A DNA stretch of 64,000 nucleotides from Oopsacas minuta (lineage: Eukaryota > Animalia > Porifera), in NCBI GenBank assembly GCA_024704765.1, contig JAKMXF010000188.1, positions 62,001 through 126,000 on the forward strand. Direction: 5' to 3'. Under the pieces are notes generated by a model. The model made no database searches. It saw only the letters and a program-made list of their open reading frames with translations, and was not told where the DNA came from. Numbering within the stretch: the first letter of the stretch is position 1; every line of letters starts with the position of its first letter. The translations under genes were made by a program, and so were the position numbers. Below are positions 61,631-64,000 of the stretch, in pieces.

Positions 61631-62967
61631 TAAATATGTAACTATGTTTATTTTTGTTTATTAATTGACCAATAAATTTAACCATTTTATTAACATAAAT
61701 AAAGTATAAATACATCAAAACTAAATCTTTCAATTAATTATTCCACGAATATTAATGAAATGTTCCTGGAATACACATGTAAGTATGTTGAATATATGTC
61801 AACTAGTAAAACCGTCAAAATGGCGAAATATAGCCAAAGGCAAACGTGAAAAACAGGTAAATATAGACAACTTTCACAAAAACACTTCCACAAAGTAGAC
61901 TGGATGATTAATGTGGTCTATAGAACCTCTACTTTGAGTAGTTTTAATGGTTTATATGTACTGGATATACTCTATATTTATACTGTTTATATTAGGGGCT
62001 GTTCCAACGTTACGTTACGCTACAAGAGGCGTCCCCTTCTTGGTGGTATGTGAAGTGTGACAGCCCCATTCTTTTTGTATTATGAAACGGTCCAAAGCGG
62101 TACACAGGGAGGGGTGTCAATATTTATGGAATTTGAGTTACGTAACGTTTGAACGGCCTCATATATTAATTAGAATACAAGAGTACCCGCAGACACGAAG
62201 TGTTCGCGAGCCGCAGAGCGCAAGAAAGTGAAGCTTACTTGTACTAATAATCTGGCGACGAAAATTCCGCAATTCAGAGTTGGCAAGTATGCGTTGCCTA
62301 TGATGGTTTATAAATACAACAAACTTGCTTTATAACTAAGAGCTCGGTACCCCGGTTTCATGTCATTTTAAGCGGTACTTCTTTGTGAGCGGAGTAAAAT
62401 CAATTACTTTCAAGCTATTGAGGGCAAAGAATTGCTTTGGTGTAACGGGAGTTTCGTTATATCCGGCTTGGTTATAATAAGAGCTTACTGTAGGAACCTT
62501 ATAATAATTGATTAGATTACACAGCCCTGCGGATAGATTAATATAAGAGATTGTATATGTTAATCTATGCAGGACTGGGGTTGGTTAACTGAAATAAGGC
62601 TGTGGTTAAACCTTTTCGGTTATAGCGGTTAACTGGTTAACCGCTGCAAGTATTCTTTAATATATCTAATGAAGTTTTGTACATAAAATTGAAAATATCA
62701 ATACATAACTATTATATATGCAATGGTGATGCGATTGTATAAAAAGATGTTCAGCCGCAGACTGGTAGTAATGCTTAGGCTTATGTATGTTTGTTCTTTT
62801 CAGAGAGGTACGCCCCCTGACCCTCCGTGTAGATGCTGCAATGCACCAGACCCCGATTGAGGCTCCTGGATCTGATAAATATTTCAGAATATTCAATATT
62901 ATTAGTTCCCTACTGAACTTCTTCATGTTCTATCCTAAAATCCTATCTATAACATTCTAATTAACTA

Positions 62968-64000
62968 CGAGGGGCACTCGAAAAGTTTTGTCGTTTATAT
63001 ACTTATATAATAGGTACTACATATTATATGGTCACATTTTTTCAAAATACTCGCCCTGCCCTGACACTCTATACACCTTTTGATGCGTTTAAACCAGGTA
63101 TTAAAGCACATTTTCCATTCTTCTTTGGGTATCTCCTCAATTGCTAAGAAAAGTGCCCCGGTCAACTCTTCATTGCTGAAAAATCTCCTCCCACGAAGTT
63201 GATCTTTCAGCTTTGGGAATAACCAAAAATCGCAAGGGGCTAGATCTGGACTGTAGGGTGGGTGGGGTAGCGTTCCGATCCTATAATTCTCTAAAAACTT
63301 ACGAGTTCTTAGTGCTGTATGTGATGAAGCATTATCGTGGTGAAGCAGGATTCCTCGGACACCTGACTTCTCACGTTGTTTTTCTATAGCACTGAATACT
63401 TTCGGAAGACATATTATGGTATACCAATCAGCGGTGACTGTTTTCCTATCCTCAAGTGCAATTCCTTCAACAAATCCATTACGTCTAAAGAAAATCGCCC
63501 ACATCTGCTTTCCGACTGATCTAATTCTCCGGACCTTTGTTGGAGGTAAACCACCTTCTTCGACCCACTCCTTAGATTGTCTCTTCGTTTCTGGATCATG
63601 TGGTATATTCATGTCTCATCGCCTGTGAGTATTTCAGAAACAACTCTAGAAGTTCCATTAACAAATCTTTTAAGCATAATTTTGCAAAAGTCCACTAGGC
63701 ACTTTTTCTGATCGGACGACAAAGAATGCGGGATCCAACGTGCACATAACTGTCTAAGACCAAGCTCTTTATGTAAGATGACGTTTATACTCCCCGATGA
63801 CAATTTGGTTTCATGTTCTAACTGAGCGTAAGTAACATGAGGGTCTTTTGTTACTTCGTCCAACACCAGCTCTACATTTTCGACCGTGTGTGTAATACTG
63901 GGCCTACCAGGACGGGGACCATCTTCAAGAATAAAATTTCCATGAATAAACTCTGAGTACCATCGCTCTACTGTTCTCAAATAAGGAGCTATATTTGGGA
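62968..64000 (-). mobile_element. Mariner (DD34D) transposon, inactivated, truncated by the window end
   Basis: TA-CGAGGGGCACTCGAAAAG TIR; HTH region, ARWIPH, TGDET, LHHDNASSH, PHPPYSPDLAPCDFWLF; TGG>TGA plus a frameshift at about 63610 and a 5-bp AGGGC duplication near the C-terminus. Confidence 0.93.

Noticed and set aside
63609-63615. In-frame TGA in the mariner as selenocysteine or readthrough
   Set aside because: It replaces the conserved Trp of DETW and is accompanied by frameshifts; ordinary inactivation.

Overview
AT-rich, intron-poor eukaryotic (animal) genomic DNA. The compact, repeat-littered style and the coiled-coil/NHL remnants resemble a sponge, possibly a glass sponge of the Oopsacas type; this is inference, not demonstrated. 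The left half carries five + strand genes: MED12 (4 exons), a BCAR3/SH2D3-like SH2-RasGEF gene, an SLC29 nucleoside transporter, a BEN-domain gene and CLN5. They are separated by transposon debris: hAT, Tigger-like and long-TIR MITEs, Helitron-like elements, and Gypsy and MULE remnants. The main result is not visible in the ORF track. A 7-exon UBASH3/Sts gene (UBA - 2H phosphoesterase - SH3 - histidine phosphatase, 636 aa) can be assembled with consistent splice phases from 33024 to 57607 on +. Its 10.0-kb intron 3 and 8.8-kb intron 5 contain six intact, intronless genes, all on the - strand (SCAI, RPS28, TMEM234, nanos, a YtcJ-like amidohydrolase, akirin), plus NHL-repeat pseudogene fragments. 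GFM1 (-) ends tail-to-tail with UBASH3, and its 5' part lies beyond the window. A decayed mariner closes the window. Most start codons sit 5-21 nt behind an acceptor-like YAG, and two gene pairs are only 159-197 bp apart. This suggests spliced-leader trans-splicing and operon-like transcription, which is a hypothesis that needs RNA data.
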